Part shown: piece by piece, positions 19,927 to 29,059 of the stretch | How the letters are laid out: each line of letters begins with the position of its first letter | How positions within the stretch are numbered: position 1 is the stretch's first letter | The notes under the pieces: generated by a model | What the model saw: only the letters and a program-made list of their open reading frames with translations | Databases searched by the model: none | What the model was told of the DNA's origin: nothing | Made by a program: the position numbers and the translations under genes | DNA from: a bacterium | GTDB lineage: Bacteria > Bacillota_I > Bacilli_A > RFN20 > CAG-288 | Assembly: GCA_963648975.1 (NCBI GenBank) | Contig: CAVJFW010000003.1 | Coordinates: 2,921 to 66,920 of the forward strand | Length of the DNA stretch: 64,000 nt | Reading direction: 5' to 3'

Positions 19927-21366
19927 ATGAAAAAACAATTGATTCCTATTCTTTTCAGCTCCTTGTCAATGCTTCTTTTCTCCTGTAACCAGAAAAAGGA
20001 GATGGTCTATTCCTTCCCATCGCTTTTTGTCATACAAAAGGATTCATCGGATAGACTGAGTGTTGAATCTGATGAACTGATCTCTCCTTTCAATACCTAT
20101 TTTCAGACATCACTATATTGCTATGAGGGAGATTACTCATCAAGTCAGATAGATAAGATGAAAGAAGATTATCAGGAAAAAATCTGTTATTATCATGCTC
20201 TGAGTGACCGACATTATTACTATGATTACGATGAAAAGAGAATCAATAACATCAAGGTCATAAACGATTCCTATGGCAAGGAAGAATGGATTCAGCTTGA
20301 TCCCTATCTTTATGACCTACTCAAGAGAAGTTTTCAGTTCTCGCTCGACAGTGACGGGAAATTCAACATCTTCCTTGGTGAAATCAATGATGTCTATGAA
20401 AAGAAGTTGTCTGAAATCCATTCATCCTTGAATGTGTCTGATGAGGATAAGAAGCTGATGGATGTGACAGGCCTATATTTCTCGTCATTCACTGAGGAAG
20501 AAAAGGATGATATCAAGAAATATGTTTCCTATCTCCCATCCTTGGAAGAAATGAAATCGATGCTGAGCTTTGATGATGATACCAATCAGGTCATATTCCA
20601 TGCTCTGTATGATTCAGATGGGAAACAAAAGAAAATTCAGATATCCCTTGGTGGATCTGCCAAAGGCTATGCCACTGAATATTACACTTCAGAACTGAAG
20701 AAGGAATATCCGGATATCTGTCTTATCATGAATTCCGGAACTTCATCCATCAAGGCAACTGCCAAGAGAGTCGATGGAAAGAACTTTAAGATAAGATACA
20801 TAAATCCGGCTTATCAGGAACAGATTGATGCCCTGAATTCGAAGTATGTTGATTATGAAGTCATGCTCTCTCTATCCGGCCCATTCAGTCTTTCCACTTC
20901 CGGATTTTACGAAAATTATTTCTACGAGAATCAGGATGGTGATTTCATCAGAAGAAGCCATATTCTGGATTCCGCTACCGGGTATTCCTCTTCTTGCTTC
21001 GATCAGGTCGGAATCGTTGGTGATGATGCTTTTTTATCTGACATGTATACGACGGCTTTGATGAACTGCCATTCACTGGATGAAGCAAAGAGTCTTCTTG
21101 ATGGCCTGAATGGAATATATGATACTGAGTACAAGGCAATCTTCTGCGTACGTATGGAAGATAATGGTCTTTATTCCTTTTCCAAGGATAAATATTCTCC
21201 TTTGGATGAAAAGAATGATTTCATCTTCAGTGATGGCAAACCGGTGACGAAGCTCACGGGGCAATTCAAAGAAGTCTACTATGTCGATGATGATCTATAT
21301 GAAAGCTTTTCCCTGATTGAGTCGAAAACCAATAAGACTCGGATAAGTGAAATCAGGAAAATATAA
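19927..21366 (+). CDS. apbE: ApbE-family FAD:protein FMN transferase, lipoprotein with a long N-terminal extension
   Basis: Signal peptide plus lipobox (LLFSC). ApbE motifs: ISLGGSAKGYATE and SHILDSATGYS. Confidence 0.7.
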   Translation: MKKQLIPILFSSLSMLLFSCNQKKEMVYSFPSLFVIQKDSSDRLSVESDELISPFNTYFQTSLYCYEGDYSSSQIDKMKEDYQEKICYYHALSDRHYYYDYDEKRINNIKVINDSYGKEEWIQLDPYLYDLLKRSFQFSLDSDGKFNIFLGEINDVYEKKLSEIHSSLNVSDEDKKLMDVTGLYFSSFTEEEKDDIKKYVSYLPSLEEMKSMLSFDDDTNQVIFHALYDSDGKQKKIQISLGGSAKGYATEYYTSELKKEYPDICLIMNSGTSSIKATAKRVDGKNFKIRYINPAYQEQIDALNSKYVDYEVMLSLSGPFSLSTSGFYENYFYENQDGDFIRRSHILDSATGYSSSCFDQVGIVGDDAFLSDMYTTALMNCHSLDEAKSLLDGLNGIYDTEYKAIFCVRMEDNGLYSFSKDKYSPLDEKNDFIFSDGKPVTKLTGQFKEVYYVDDDLYESFSLIESKTNKTRISEIRKI

Positions 21367-21370
21367 AAAA

Positions 21371-21400
21371 GTCCGGTTGAATTCAGACCGGACTTTTTTG
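21371..21400. terminator. bidirectional intrinsic terminator
   Basis: AAAAAAGTCCGGT ... ACCGGACTTTTTT, a perfect hairpin flanked by an A-run and a T-run. Confidence 0.75.
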
Positions 21401-21588
21401 AAAGGAAAGGCAATCGGAATTTGATTTTTGTGGAAGATGCTGCAGTTCGGATGGAAGGACGACTGCTTTTATGCCAAGATTGCCGGTTGGCATTTTAGAA
21501 AGGAGGGTCCAAATTCGAGTATGATTTGAACATCTATAGGATACCACTACGCTTGTCCGTTTTTTTGGACATGAAAAAAGATTACGAA

Positions 21589-22311
21589 TCAAATCGTAAT
21601 CTTTGCTCTTGTGATGATGTTTCCTTCCTTATCCTTAAGCAGATAATAGAGTTCATTGTCAATCTTCGTGTAATCGATGGTGAGATTGTCACCTTCCTTC
21701 GCTTCCTTGATGTAATTGACTTCCATCTCCTTGTAGGGTAGGTGTCTTAGCTCACTGGATTTCAGGCAATTCATGAAATAACGGATGTAGGAAATATTGT
21801 TCAGATGGTTTGAATAGTCGATGTCCGTGGATTCGACAATGACATCCCTATGGATGGTGTTTTCATTGTTGTAGTCTGGGTAGCGGTTGAACAGTCCTTT
21901 TATGGACACGTTTTCCTCTTCTGCCTTCAGATCAAGGAATGGTTTGAATTCATCTAAGTTTCTCAGCTTTCTGGTGACCATGTCGATGCTCGAGAGCTGG
22001 ATATAGGAGGTAAGAAGTGGCTCGTTCTCGTTTTCCCTGTAAAGTCTAGTGCGGAGGATGATGGCGACGGATGATTTTCTTATGGCATCCACCTTGCTAT
22101 AGATCGTATCCATGAAATGGACCCTGGAATGAAAGATGATATGGTTACGCAATACAACCATGATGGCACGATAGGTGTGATTCAGTTCCTTGGATGAGAA
22201 ACCGTTGTCACTCAAAAACTCAGTCGTCGCATCTTCGACGATCTTTGCCAATGAAAGCAGTGTGACATGCATACCGCTGTCAACCATGGAATAACGGATT
22301 TGGGTTTTCAT
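21589..22311 (-). CDS. acyl-ACP thioesterase family protein
   Basis: 240 aa with a double hot-dog layout. The second half carries DIDYSNHLNNISYIRYF (D-x-D-x-N-x-H-V/L-N-N-x-x-Y signature). It is the last gene of the fab operon. Confidence 0.65.
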   Translation of the reverse strand: MKTQIRYSMVDSGMHVTLLSLAKIVEDATTEFLSDNGFSSKELNHTYRAIMVVLRNHIIFHSRVHFMDTIYSKVDAIRKSSVAIILRTRLYRENENEPLLTSYIQLSSIDMVTRKLRNLDEFKPFLDLKAEEENVSIKGLFNRYPDYNNENTIHRDVIVESTDIDYSNHLNNISYIRYFMNCLKSSELRHLPYKEMEVNYIKEAKEGDNLTIDYTKIDNELYYLLKDKEGNIITRAKITI

Positions 22312-22393
22312 TTTGATTTCTCCAGTGATGAGTTGCCGTGTATAGGATTACGGCAATTGTGATTGATGAAAGCAGCTTTGCTTATGATGAAGA

Positions 22394-23302
22394 TTATCCA
22401 AGGATTGCCTTGATTGTATCTTCATAGCCCTGGATGTCAGAGACGTTGTAAATGTTGACAGGTGTAGTTGCCGTCTTTTTGACAAAGCTGGAAAGTGTCT
22501 TTCCTGGACCGATTTCAATGAAGGTATCGACACCTTTGTCAAGAAGGTAACGGATGGAGTCCTCGAAATAGACGGAATGGCAGATCTGAGCCTTGAGGAT
22601 GTCATTTATCGGTTCATCCATTTCCTTTCCGGAAACGTTATAGATGATTTTGTATGTCGGCTTATTGGGAGTGAAACGGTCAAGCACTTCCTTCAATTCA
22701 TCGCTGGCATGCTTCAACAGGGAACAATGGAAAGCACCAGAGACATTCAGTGGAATGCATCTTCTTGCCTTGTCCTTGAGCAGAACGATGGCATCATCGA
22801 CAGCTTTGCTTTCACCGGTGATGACTATCTGTCCAGGACAGTTGTAATTGGCGATTTCGACAATTCCGCTTTTGACTTCCTTCAATGTCTCCTGAATCGT
22901 CTCTCTGTCGAGATTGATGATGGCAGCCATCTTAGTAGTTCCAAGTGGAAGGGCGTTCTGCATGATTCTTCCACGGTTGGAGATGATCTCAATGGCATCC
23001 TTCAATGTCCACACATCAGAGAAAGTCAAGGCCGTGTATTCGCCCAAGGAAAGACCACAGCAATATTCCGGTTCGATGCCTTTATCCTTCAAGGCAGAGG
23101 CGATGCAATAGGATGTCAACAGCATTGCCTTCTGGGCATACATGGTCTGGTTGATCACTCCATCCTTGTCGATGAAGCAAAGATCCCTGACTTCAGGGAA
23201 ATCATCATAAGTCTTCCTGACGGCTGGAATCTGGTCATAGAAGTCTTTTCCCATATTGACGGCTTGGGCACCCTGACCAGCGAACAAAAAAGCGATTTTC
23301 AT
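22394..23302 (-). CDS. fabD: malonyl-CoA:ACP transacylase
   Basis: FAGQGAQ, the GLSLGEY active-site Ser motif, and a conserved C-terminal region. Confidence 0.9.
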   Translation of the reverse strand: MKIAFLFAGQGAQAVNMGKDFYDQIPAVRKTYDDFPEVRDLCFIDKDGVINQTMYAQKAMLLTSYCIASALKDKGIEPEYCCGLSLGEYTALTFSDVWTLKDAIEIISNRGRIMQNALPLGTTKMAAIINLDRETIQETLKEVKSGIVEIANYNCPGQIVITGESKAVDDAIVLLKDKARRCIPLNVSGAFHCSLLKHASDELKEVLDRFTPNKPTYKIIYNVSGKEMDEPINDILKAQICHSVYFEDSIRYLLDKGVDTFIEIGPGKTLSSFVKKTATTPVNIYNVSDIQGYEDTIKAILG

Positions 23303-23306
23303 ATAT

Positions 23307-24224
23307 TTACCTTCCTATTTTTCTGAATTTATCATATCTTTGGGAGAGCATATCCTCGACATCCATATTGGAGAGCTGTTCAATTTTTGAAATCAGGTTT
23401 TCCTTCAGCTTGTTGGAATAGTCCAAGGAAAGATATCTGAGACCTCCCAAAGGTTCGTGGATGATTTCATCGATGATTCCATATTCAAGAAGATCCTCTG
23501 ATGTCATCTTCATATAGTTGACAGCTTCCTCCGGCTTTACCTTACCTTTGAAAAGAATGGAGGAAAATCCTTCAGGGGAGAGAACACTGTAGACAGCATT
23601 TTCAAACATGTAGATGTAATCTGAAACAGTGAGTGCAAGTGCACCGCCGCTTCCTCCTTCAGAGAGGATGACGGAAATGACAGGGGTCTTAAGCATGGAG
23701 AATTCCATGAGGTTTTCGGCTATAGCCCTGGCCTGGCCTCTTTCTTCAGCTCCTTTTCCCGGATAAGCACCGGAAGTATCGACGAAGCAAAGAATCGGTC
23801 TATGGAATTTTTCGGCTTCCTTGGCAAGTCTCAATGTCTTTCTGAAACCTTCCGGAGATGTCATGCCGAAATTTCTTTTGATTTTTTCACTTGTGTCGGA
23901 ACCTTTGGCCTGTGCCAAGATGGTTACCGGATATTTCCCCAGATAGCCGATACCGGATATGATGGAGGCATCATCGGAATAATATTGGTCACCATGTAGT
24001 TCATAGAATTCAGTGATAAGATGTGAAATCAGGGTCTTTGCCTTGATTCTTTTGTCGCTTCTGGCAATACAAACCTTATCCCAAGCTGTTAGGTTGGCAT
24101 ATGTTTCCTGCTTGAATTTCTTCAGCGCATCTTTCTTTTGAAGATATTCTTCACTTTTTGGATCCAGTGTGAGAAGCTCCTCTTCCAAAGCTTCTATCTT
24201 CATTTCATTTTCTTCCAAGATCAT
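23307..24224 (-). CDS. accA: acetyl-CoA carboxylase carboxyltransferase alpha subunit
   Basis: Typical AccA motifs FVDTSGAYPG, AEERGQA and GEGGSGGALA. Confidence 0.9.
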   Translation of the reverse strand: MILEENEMKIEALEEELLTLDPKSEEYLQKKDALKKFKQETYANLTAWDKVCIARSDKRIKAKTLISHLITEFYELHGDQYYSDDASIISGIGYLGKYPVTILAQAKGSDTSEKIKRNFGMTSPEGFRKTLRLAKEAEKFHRPILCFVDTSGAYPGKGAEERGQARAIAENLMEFSMLKTPVISVILSEGGSGGALALTVSDYIYMFENAVYSVLSPEGFSSILFKGKVKPEEAVNYMKMTSEDLLEYGIIDEIIHEPLGGLRYLSLDYSNKLKENLISKIEQLSNMDVEDMLSQRYDKFRKIGR

Positions 24225-25096
24225 TATCTGTAATTATGAAGCTTTAACAAGAGACCCAAGGTCTTCTTCATATCCTTTCTTTCCACGATATTGTCGATAT
24301 ATCCTTTGCTAAGAAGGAACTCTGCTGTCTGGAAATCCTTCGGCAGGGTTTCCTTGATGGTCTGTTCGATGACTCTCTTTCCGGCAAAACCGATAAGAGC
24401 CTTTGGCTCTGCCAGGGTGATGTCGGCTAGACTTGCAAATGAAGCAGAAACACCACCGGTCGTCGGATCAGTCATTACGACGATGAACAGTTCTTTTTCC
24501 TTGAGTTTTCCAATTGCCTGACTGGTCTTTGCCATTTGGAACAGGGAAATGACACCTTCCTGCATTCTGGCACCTCCAGAGCATGTAAAGATGATGAGAG
24601 GCTTATGTTCCTTAAGTGCCTTTTCGGCCAACAAGGTGACTTTCTCACCGCAGATCGAACCCATGCTACCCATCATGAAATAGGAATCCATGACGCCGAC
24701 CAGGACACTGATGGAAGAAATCTTTCCATCAACACAGACGATGGATTCATCATCTCCTGATGTTTTTTTGGCTGTTTCCAGCTTATCCTTGTATTCCGGA
24801 AAGTCAGTATATTTTTCTTCGATGTTCTCGAATATGACGGTGTATCCTTCATCCATGACCTGGTCCAATCTTTCATGGGCATGAAGTCTTCCATGATGTC
24901 CGCAGCTCGGGCATACATGAAGATTGGAGGTGTATTCCTCGTTTAGGAGAGTCTTTCCGCAATGCGGACATTGGACAAGAAAGCCTTCCGGGATTTCTCT
25001 GGGAGTGGAGGTTTCAGGTTTTCTGATCTGAAGCTTGTCCAAGGCTTCAGAGAATTCCTTCAGCTCTTCTTTTCTTTTACTGAATGAGTCTGACAT
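24224..25096 (-). CDS. accD: acetyl-CoA carboxylase carboxyltransferase beta subunit
   Basis: N-terminal Zn ribbon CPHCGKT...CPSCGHH, then the MGSMGS and SGGARMQEG motifs. Confidence 0.9.
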   Translation of the reverse strand: MSDSFSKRKEELKEFSEALDKLQIRKPETSTPREIPEGFLVQCPHCGKTLLNEEYTSNLHVCPSCGHHGRLHAHERLDQVMDEGYTVIFENIEEKYTDFPEYKDKLETAKKTSGDDESIVCVDGKISSISVLVGVMDSYFMMGSMGSICGEKVTLLAEKALKEHKPLIIFTCSGGARMQEGVISLFQMAKTSQAIGKLKEKELFIVVMTDPTTGGVSASFASLADITLAEPKALIGFAGKRVIEQTIKETLPKDFQTAEFLLSKGYIDNIVERKDMKKTLGLLLKLHNYR

Positions 25097-26444
25097 TGTT
25101 TTCTAGCTCCTTTAGTGCCTCTTCCACAAAGGAAGTGTTGAAGTTGCCCAGGATGTATTTGGTATGATGCATGAGGTAGTAATGGAATTCAATGGTGGTC
25201 GGGACGCCTTCAATGATGAGTTCAGCCAGGGCCTCACGCATCTTTCTGATGCATTCAAGTCTTGATTCGCCATGTACGATGAGTTTGAGAATCATGGAAT
25301 CGTAGAAAGGTGGAATCTCATATCCAGGATATACGGCAGTGTCGATTCTGACCCCCTTGCCTCCAGGAAGATTCAGGAAAGTGATCTTGCCTGCAGAAGG
25401 ACGGAAGTCATTGTTGATGTCTTCGGCGTTGATTCTGCATTCGATGGCAAATCCATTCTGATGGATGTCTTCTTGTCTGTATGGAAGCTTGTTTCCCGCT
25501 GCTATTTTGATCATCAGCTTCACAAGGTCTATACCGGTGATTTCTTCGGTGATGGAATGTTCTACCTGGATTCTGGTATTCATTTCGATGAAATAATAGT
25601 TTTCATCTTCGTCAACCAAGAATTCGATGGTTCCGACTGAATCATAATTGGTTGCCTTGCAAGCCAGGATTGCAGAATCATAAAGCTTTTTCTTCAGTTC
25701 ATCGGAAATGGACTGACAGGGTGCTTCCTCAAGAATCTTCTGCTTTCTCCTCTGCATGGAGCAATTTCTTTCGAAAAGGTGTATGCAGTTATGATGTTTG
25801 TCAGCAACGACCTGAACCTCGACATGCTTTGGATTGAGGACTAATTTTTCGACATAAAGTTCATCGTTTCCGAAGAATTTCTTTGCTTCTTCCTTGGCTT
25901 CGTTGTATTTGTCAAGAAATTCCTTTTCACTGGAAACCTGACGGATGCCTTTGCCTCCGCCACCGGCGCTAGCCTTGATCAGGACAGGGAAGCCGATTTT
26001 CTGGGCGATTGCCAATCCCTCCTCACCACTGACTGCTCCATAGGATCCTGGAACGATAGGTACTCCGGCTTCCTTCATCATGGAGATGGCTTCGGACTTG
26101 TTTCCCATTTTCTCCATGACATCTGGATTGGGACCAATCCAGGTAAGTCCGCAGGTGATGACCATTCTTGCAAAGAGAGGTGATTCACTTAGGAATCCAA
26201 AGCCCGGATGAATCGCATCACAACCAGTCATGCAGGCGGCCGAAATAATGCTGGCCATGTTCAGGTATGACTGATCAGATGATGGTCCGCCGATGCAAAC
26301 TGCCTCATCGGCAAACTGGACATGAAGGGCAGATTTGTCCGCCGTTGAATAGATGGCGACGGTCTGGATTCCCATCTCCTTGCAGGCTCTGATGATTCTT
26401 ACGGCGATTTCGCCTCGGTTGGCAATCAAGATTTTCTTGAACAT
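25077..26444 (-). CDS. accC: biotin carboxylase
   Basis: KILIANRGEIA, the ATP-grasp motifs GGGGKG and EMNTRIQVEH. Confidence 0.95.
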   Translation of the reverse strand: MFKKILIANRGEIAVRIIRACKEMGIQTVAIYSTADKSALHVQFADEAVCIGGPSSDQSYLNMASIISAACMTGCDAIHPGFGFLSESPLFARMVITCGLTWIGPNPDVMEKMGNKSEAISMMKEAGVPIVPGSYGAVSGEEGLAIAQKIGFPVLIKASAGGGGKGIRQVSSEKEFLDKYNEAKEEAKKFFGNDELYVEKLVLNPKHVEVQVVADKHHNCIHLFERNCSMQRRKQKILEEAPCQSISDELKKKLYDSAILACKATNYDSVGTIEFLVDEDENYYFIEMNTRIQVEHSITEEITGIDLVKLMIKIAAGNKLPYRQEDIHQNGFAIECRINAEDINNDFRPSAGKITFLNLPGGKGVRIDTAVYPGYEIPPFYDSMILKLIVHGESRLECIRKMREALAELIIEGVPTTIEFHYYLMHHTKYILGNFNTSFVEEALKELENNVRLIQ

Positions 26445-26446
26445 AG

Positions 26447-26869
26447 TCAGTCTCCCAAGACAAACAGTGCCTGATCGAATTCCACCATGTCACCTTCGTT
26501 GGCAAGAATTTCCAGTACGGTACCATCCTTGTCGGCGGTGATTTCATTCATGACCTTCATGGCTTCAATGATACAGAGCTTGTCTCCTTTTTTGATATGC
26601 TGTCCAACAGAGACAAAAGGCTTTCCATCCTGATATGGAGCCTGATGGTATGTGCCGACCAATGGTGATTTGATGGTCTTGCCAGAGGTGGGCTTGACTT
26701 CTTCCTTGTTTTCTTCATTGGAAGCTTCAACAATTGGTGTACCATTTACGACAATAGGCGTCATTTCCTTTGTCAGCTTGATTTTCACGCCATCATCTTC
26801 GACTTCCAAGGAAGAGATGTTCGCTTTTTCAAACAGATGGATTACTTTTTCTATTTCTTCGAGTTTCAT
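26447..26869 (-). CDS. accB: biotin carboxyl carrier protein of ACC
   Basis: C-terminal CIIEAMKVMNEI biotinylation motif; 140 aa. Confidence 0.9.
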   Translation of the reverse strand: MKLEEIEKVIHLFEKANISSLEVEDDGVKIKLTKEMTPIVVNGTPIVEASNEENKEEVKPTSGKTIKSPLVGTYHQAPYQDGKPFVSVGQHIKKGDKLCIIEAMKVMNEITADKDGTVLEILANEGDMVEFDQALFVLGD

Positions 26870-27105
26870 TATCTGGAACCTCCTTTTTTCTTTTCAACCA
26901 AGGCAACGACATCATTTACCGTGATGAGGGTCTTGAGTTCTTCAGGTTCAATCTTGATTTTGAAATGTGTCTCCAGCTCCAGGGCCATTTCAACGGCATA
27001 AAGGGAATCAAAGGAAAGATCTTCCTTTAGTCTTGCCTCAGGGTTGATCTTATCTTCCTTTACGTTTGCAGTATCAATCAATAGTTGCTTTACTTCTTCG
27101 AACAT
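26869..27105 (-). CDS. acyl carrier protein (ACP-2)
   Basis: 78 aa with the DLSFDSLYAVEM phosphopantetheine-Ser motif and an AGGAGG RBS. Its stop overlaps the accB start. Confidence 0.8.
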   Translation of the reverse strand: MFEEVKQLLIDTANVKEDKINPEARLKEDLSFDSLYAVEMALELETHFKIKIEPEELKTLITVNDVVALVEKKKGGSR

Positions 27106-27117
27106 TGTCGAAACCTC

Positions 27118-27867
27118 CTATTTTTGGCCTTTGTTTCTTTCTTCGTCCCAGAAATTCTTCAGGAATATCTTATAGGCACCTTCCGTGAATGGTGGTTTGC
27201 TGAGTGACTGCAGTTCTTCAGCGGAAAGGGTTCCTTCATTTCGAAATACTTCACCTGCCTTTATGAATTTGTCGAGATAGCGGTTTAATTTGTTCTCGTT
27301 ATGCAGATCGACAAGTGTCTTCATCTGTGGAACGAGAATCGGCGTATAGTTTCCTTTTCCCATTATGGCGTCATGTTGAGCTATCAAGGCCTGATAGACA
27401 CCATTCGTTTCGGTATATGCACAGGTCGAAATCAGAATAAATCTCTTGCTTGCATCCGGATACCTAAGTCCGTGGAAGGACTCGCCGTTATCAGGAGCTT
27501 TCTGTCCTTCATATGTGGACATCATGCAGAGAAGTCTGTCAGTGAGAACCTTCATGATTCCCGGCATGGAGAAATAATAAAGCGGATAGGAACAAATGAT
27601 GATGTCAGAATCAAGAATCTTCTGCTTGACCATATTCACATCATCGTCTTTTATGACGCATTCACCCGCCGTTCTTCCCCAGCAGGAGAGGCATCCCATG
27701 CAAGGTCTAATGTGGAGAGCAGAAACATCGATCATTTCTATTTCCAGGTCCGATTTGAAGTTAAGTCCCTTTAAGAAGGCCTTTGTGACGATGAGGGTAT
27801 TGCTGAGAGTCCTTCTTGGAGAACCATTCAACACCAAAACCTTCCTGGGGGAAAATTTATTCTCCAT
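27118..27867 (-). CDS. flavodoxin-fold NAD(P)H/FMN reductase-like protein with an iron-sulfur-flavoprotein Cys motif
   Basis: VLVLNGSPRR (FMN_red/flavodoxin-like N-terminus) and the compact CMGCLSCWGRTAGEC (C-x2-C-x2-C-x7-C) motif. Its ATG lies 11 nt inside the 3' end of fabZ. Confidence 0.65.
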   Translation of the reverse strand: MENKFSPRKVLVLNGSPRRTLSNTLIVTKAFLKGLNFKSDLEIEMIDVSALHIRPCMGCLSCWGRTAGECVIKDDDVNMVKQKILDSDIIICSYPLYYFSMPGIMKVLTDRLLCMMSTYEGQKAPDNGESFHGLRYPDASKRFILISTCAYTETNGVYQALIAQHDAIMGKGNYTPILVPQMKTLVDLHNENKLNRYLDKFIKAGEVFRNEGTLSAEELQSLSKPPFTEGAYKIFLKNFWDEERNKGQK

Positions 27868-28312
27868 AGATGGCTTCTTTGTTGACGGAAGTGAATGTCA
27901 TGCTTCCTTTGGCATACACAACATCATCTACCTTTACGATGGCATCAAAGCTTGTGAGAGGACCAAGAACCTTGCTCTTCTTTACCGTGATGACAAGTGT
28001 GTCACCTGGTATGACAGGCTTGATGAACTTGAAATTGTCGACTTTCAGAAGGACATAGATCTGACCATCCTTCACTCCGTCGGAATCGATGACCAAGGAA
28101 CTGAGCTGTGCACAGCATTCGATGACAAGGACACCTGGCATGATTGGAGCATCAGGAAAATGACCCATGAAATATGGCTCGTTGACAGAAACGTTCTTGA
28201 TTCCGGTGGCAGAGACGTTTGGCTCAAGTTCGATGACTTTCTCAATCATCTGGAATGGTGGACGCTGTCTGATCTTCTTATTGATGTCGTTGATATTCAT
28301 TACTGCTTTCAT
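27857..28312 (-). CDS. fabZ: 3-hydroxyacyl-ACP dehydratase
   Basis: EPYFMGHFPDAPIMPGVL active-site motif; 151 aa hot-dog fold. Confidence 0.9.
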   Translation of the reverse strand: MKAVMNINDINKKIRQRPPFQMIEKVIELEPNVSATGIKNVSVNEPYFMGHFPDAPIMPGVLVIECCAQLSSLVIDSDGVKDGQIYVLLKVDNFKFIKPVIPGDTLVITVKKSKVLGPLTSFDAIVKVDDVVYAKGSMTFTSVNKEAIYGE

Positions 28313-29043
28313 TATAAGGATAAACCTCCATCGAGTGTGATGACCTGACCGGTGAGATAGCTTGCCTCATCGCTGACGAGCATGCTGACGACATTGGCGA
28401 TATCTTCTACTTCACCAAGTCTGTGAAGCGGAATTCTGTCAAGGTTGGCCTTCATCTGTTCTTCAGGGATGTGATCGAGCATTTCGGTCTTGATGAAGCC
28501 TGGTGCGATGGCGTTGACACGGATTCCATATCTTGCCAGTTCCTTTGCAGCAGTGGCAGTGAAGGAATTGACGGCACCTTTCGTTGCGGAATAGACCGTC
28601 TGACCTGGCAAGGCGAATTTTCCGGAAACAGAGGACATGTTGACGATTGCTCCATGCTTCTTTCTCATCATCTTCAGGGCAACCTGTTGCGTGCAGTAGA
28701 AATAACCTTTGATGTTGAGATTTGTGCAGAGGTCAAGATTGTCCGGATTCATCATCAAAAGATATTCATCCCTGACGATGCCGGCGTTGTTGACGAGAAC
28801 ATCGATCTGGCCATAGGTCTTGAAGACTTCGTTGACCATCTTCTTTACTTCGTCGAGCTTGGAAACATCAGCCTTGTAGGCAATGGCTTCTCCCCCGTCG
28901 GCCTTGATTGTTTCGACAGTATTGAGTGCTGCTTCTTCGCCATGGGAGTAGTTGACGACGACAAGATAACCATCTTTTGCCAAACGGATGGCAACACCTT
29001 TTCCGATTCCCTTGGAGGAACCTGTGACAATTGCGACTTTCAT
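28312..29043 (-). CDS. fabG: 3-oxoacyl-ACP reductase
   Basis: TGSSKGIGKG, NNAG, YSATKGA and a classical SDR layout. Start set at MKVAIV, which has AAGGAGA 7 nt upstream. Confidence 0.85.
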   Translation of the reverse strand: MKVAIVTGSSKGIGKGVAIRLAKDGYLVVVNYSHGEEAALNTVETIKADGGEAIAYKADVSKLDEVKKMVNEVFKTYGQIDVLVNNAGIVRDEYLLMMNPDNLDLCTNLNIKGYFYCTQQVALKMMRKKHGAIVNMSSVSGKFALPGQTVYSATKGAVNSFTATAAKELARYGIRVNAIAPGFIKTEMLDHIPEEQMKANLDRIPLHRLGEVEDIANVVSMLVSDEASYLTGQVITLDGGLSL

Positions 29044-29059
29044 GAATGATTCTCCTTTT

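Noticed and set aside
21383-21592. A 69-aa minus-strand ORF in the convergent spacer.
   Set aside because: It spans the bidirectional terminator hairpin and has neither an RBS nor recognisable motifs. The region is treated as non-coding; see the finding on the unassigned spacer.
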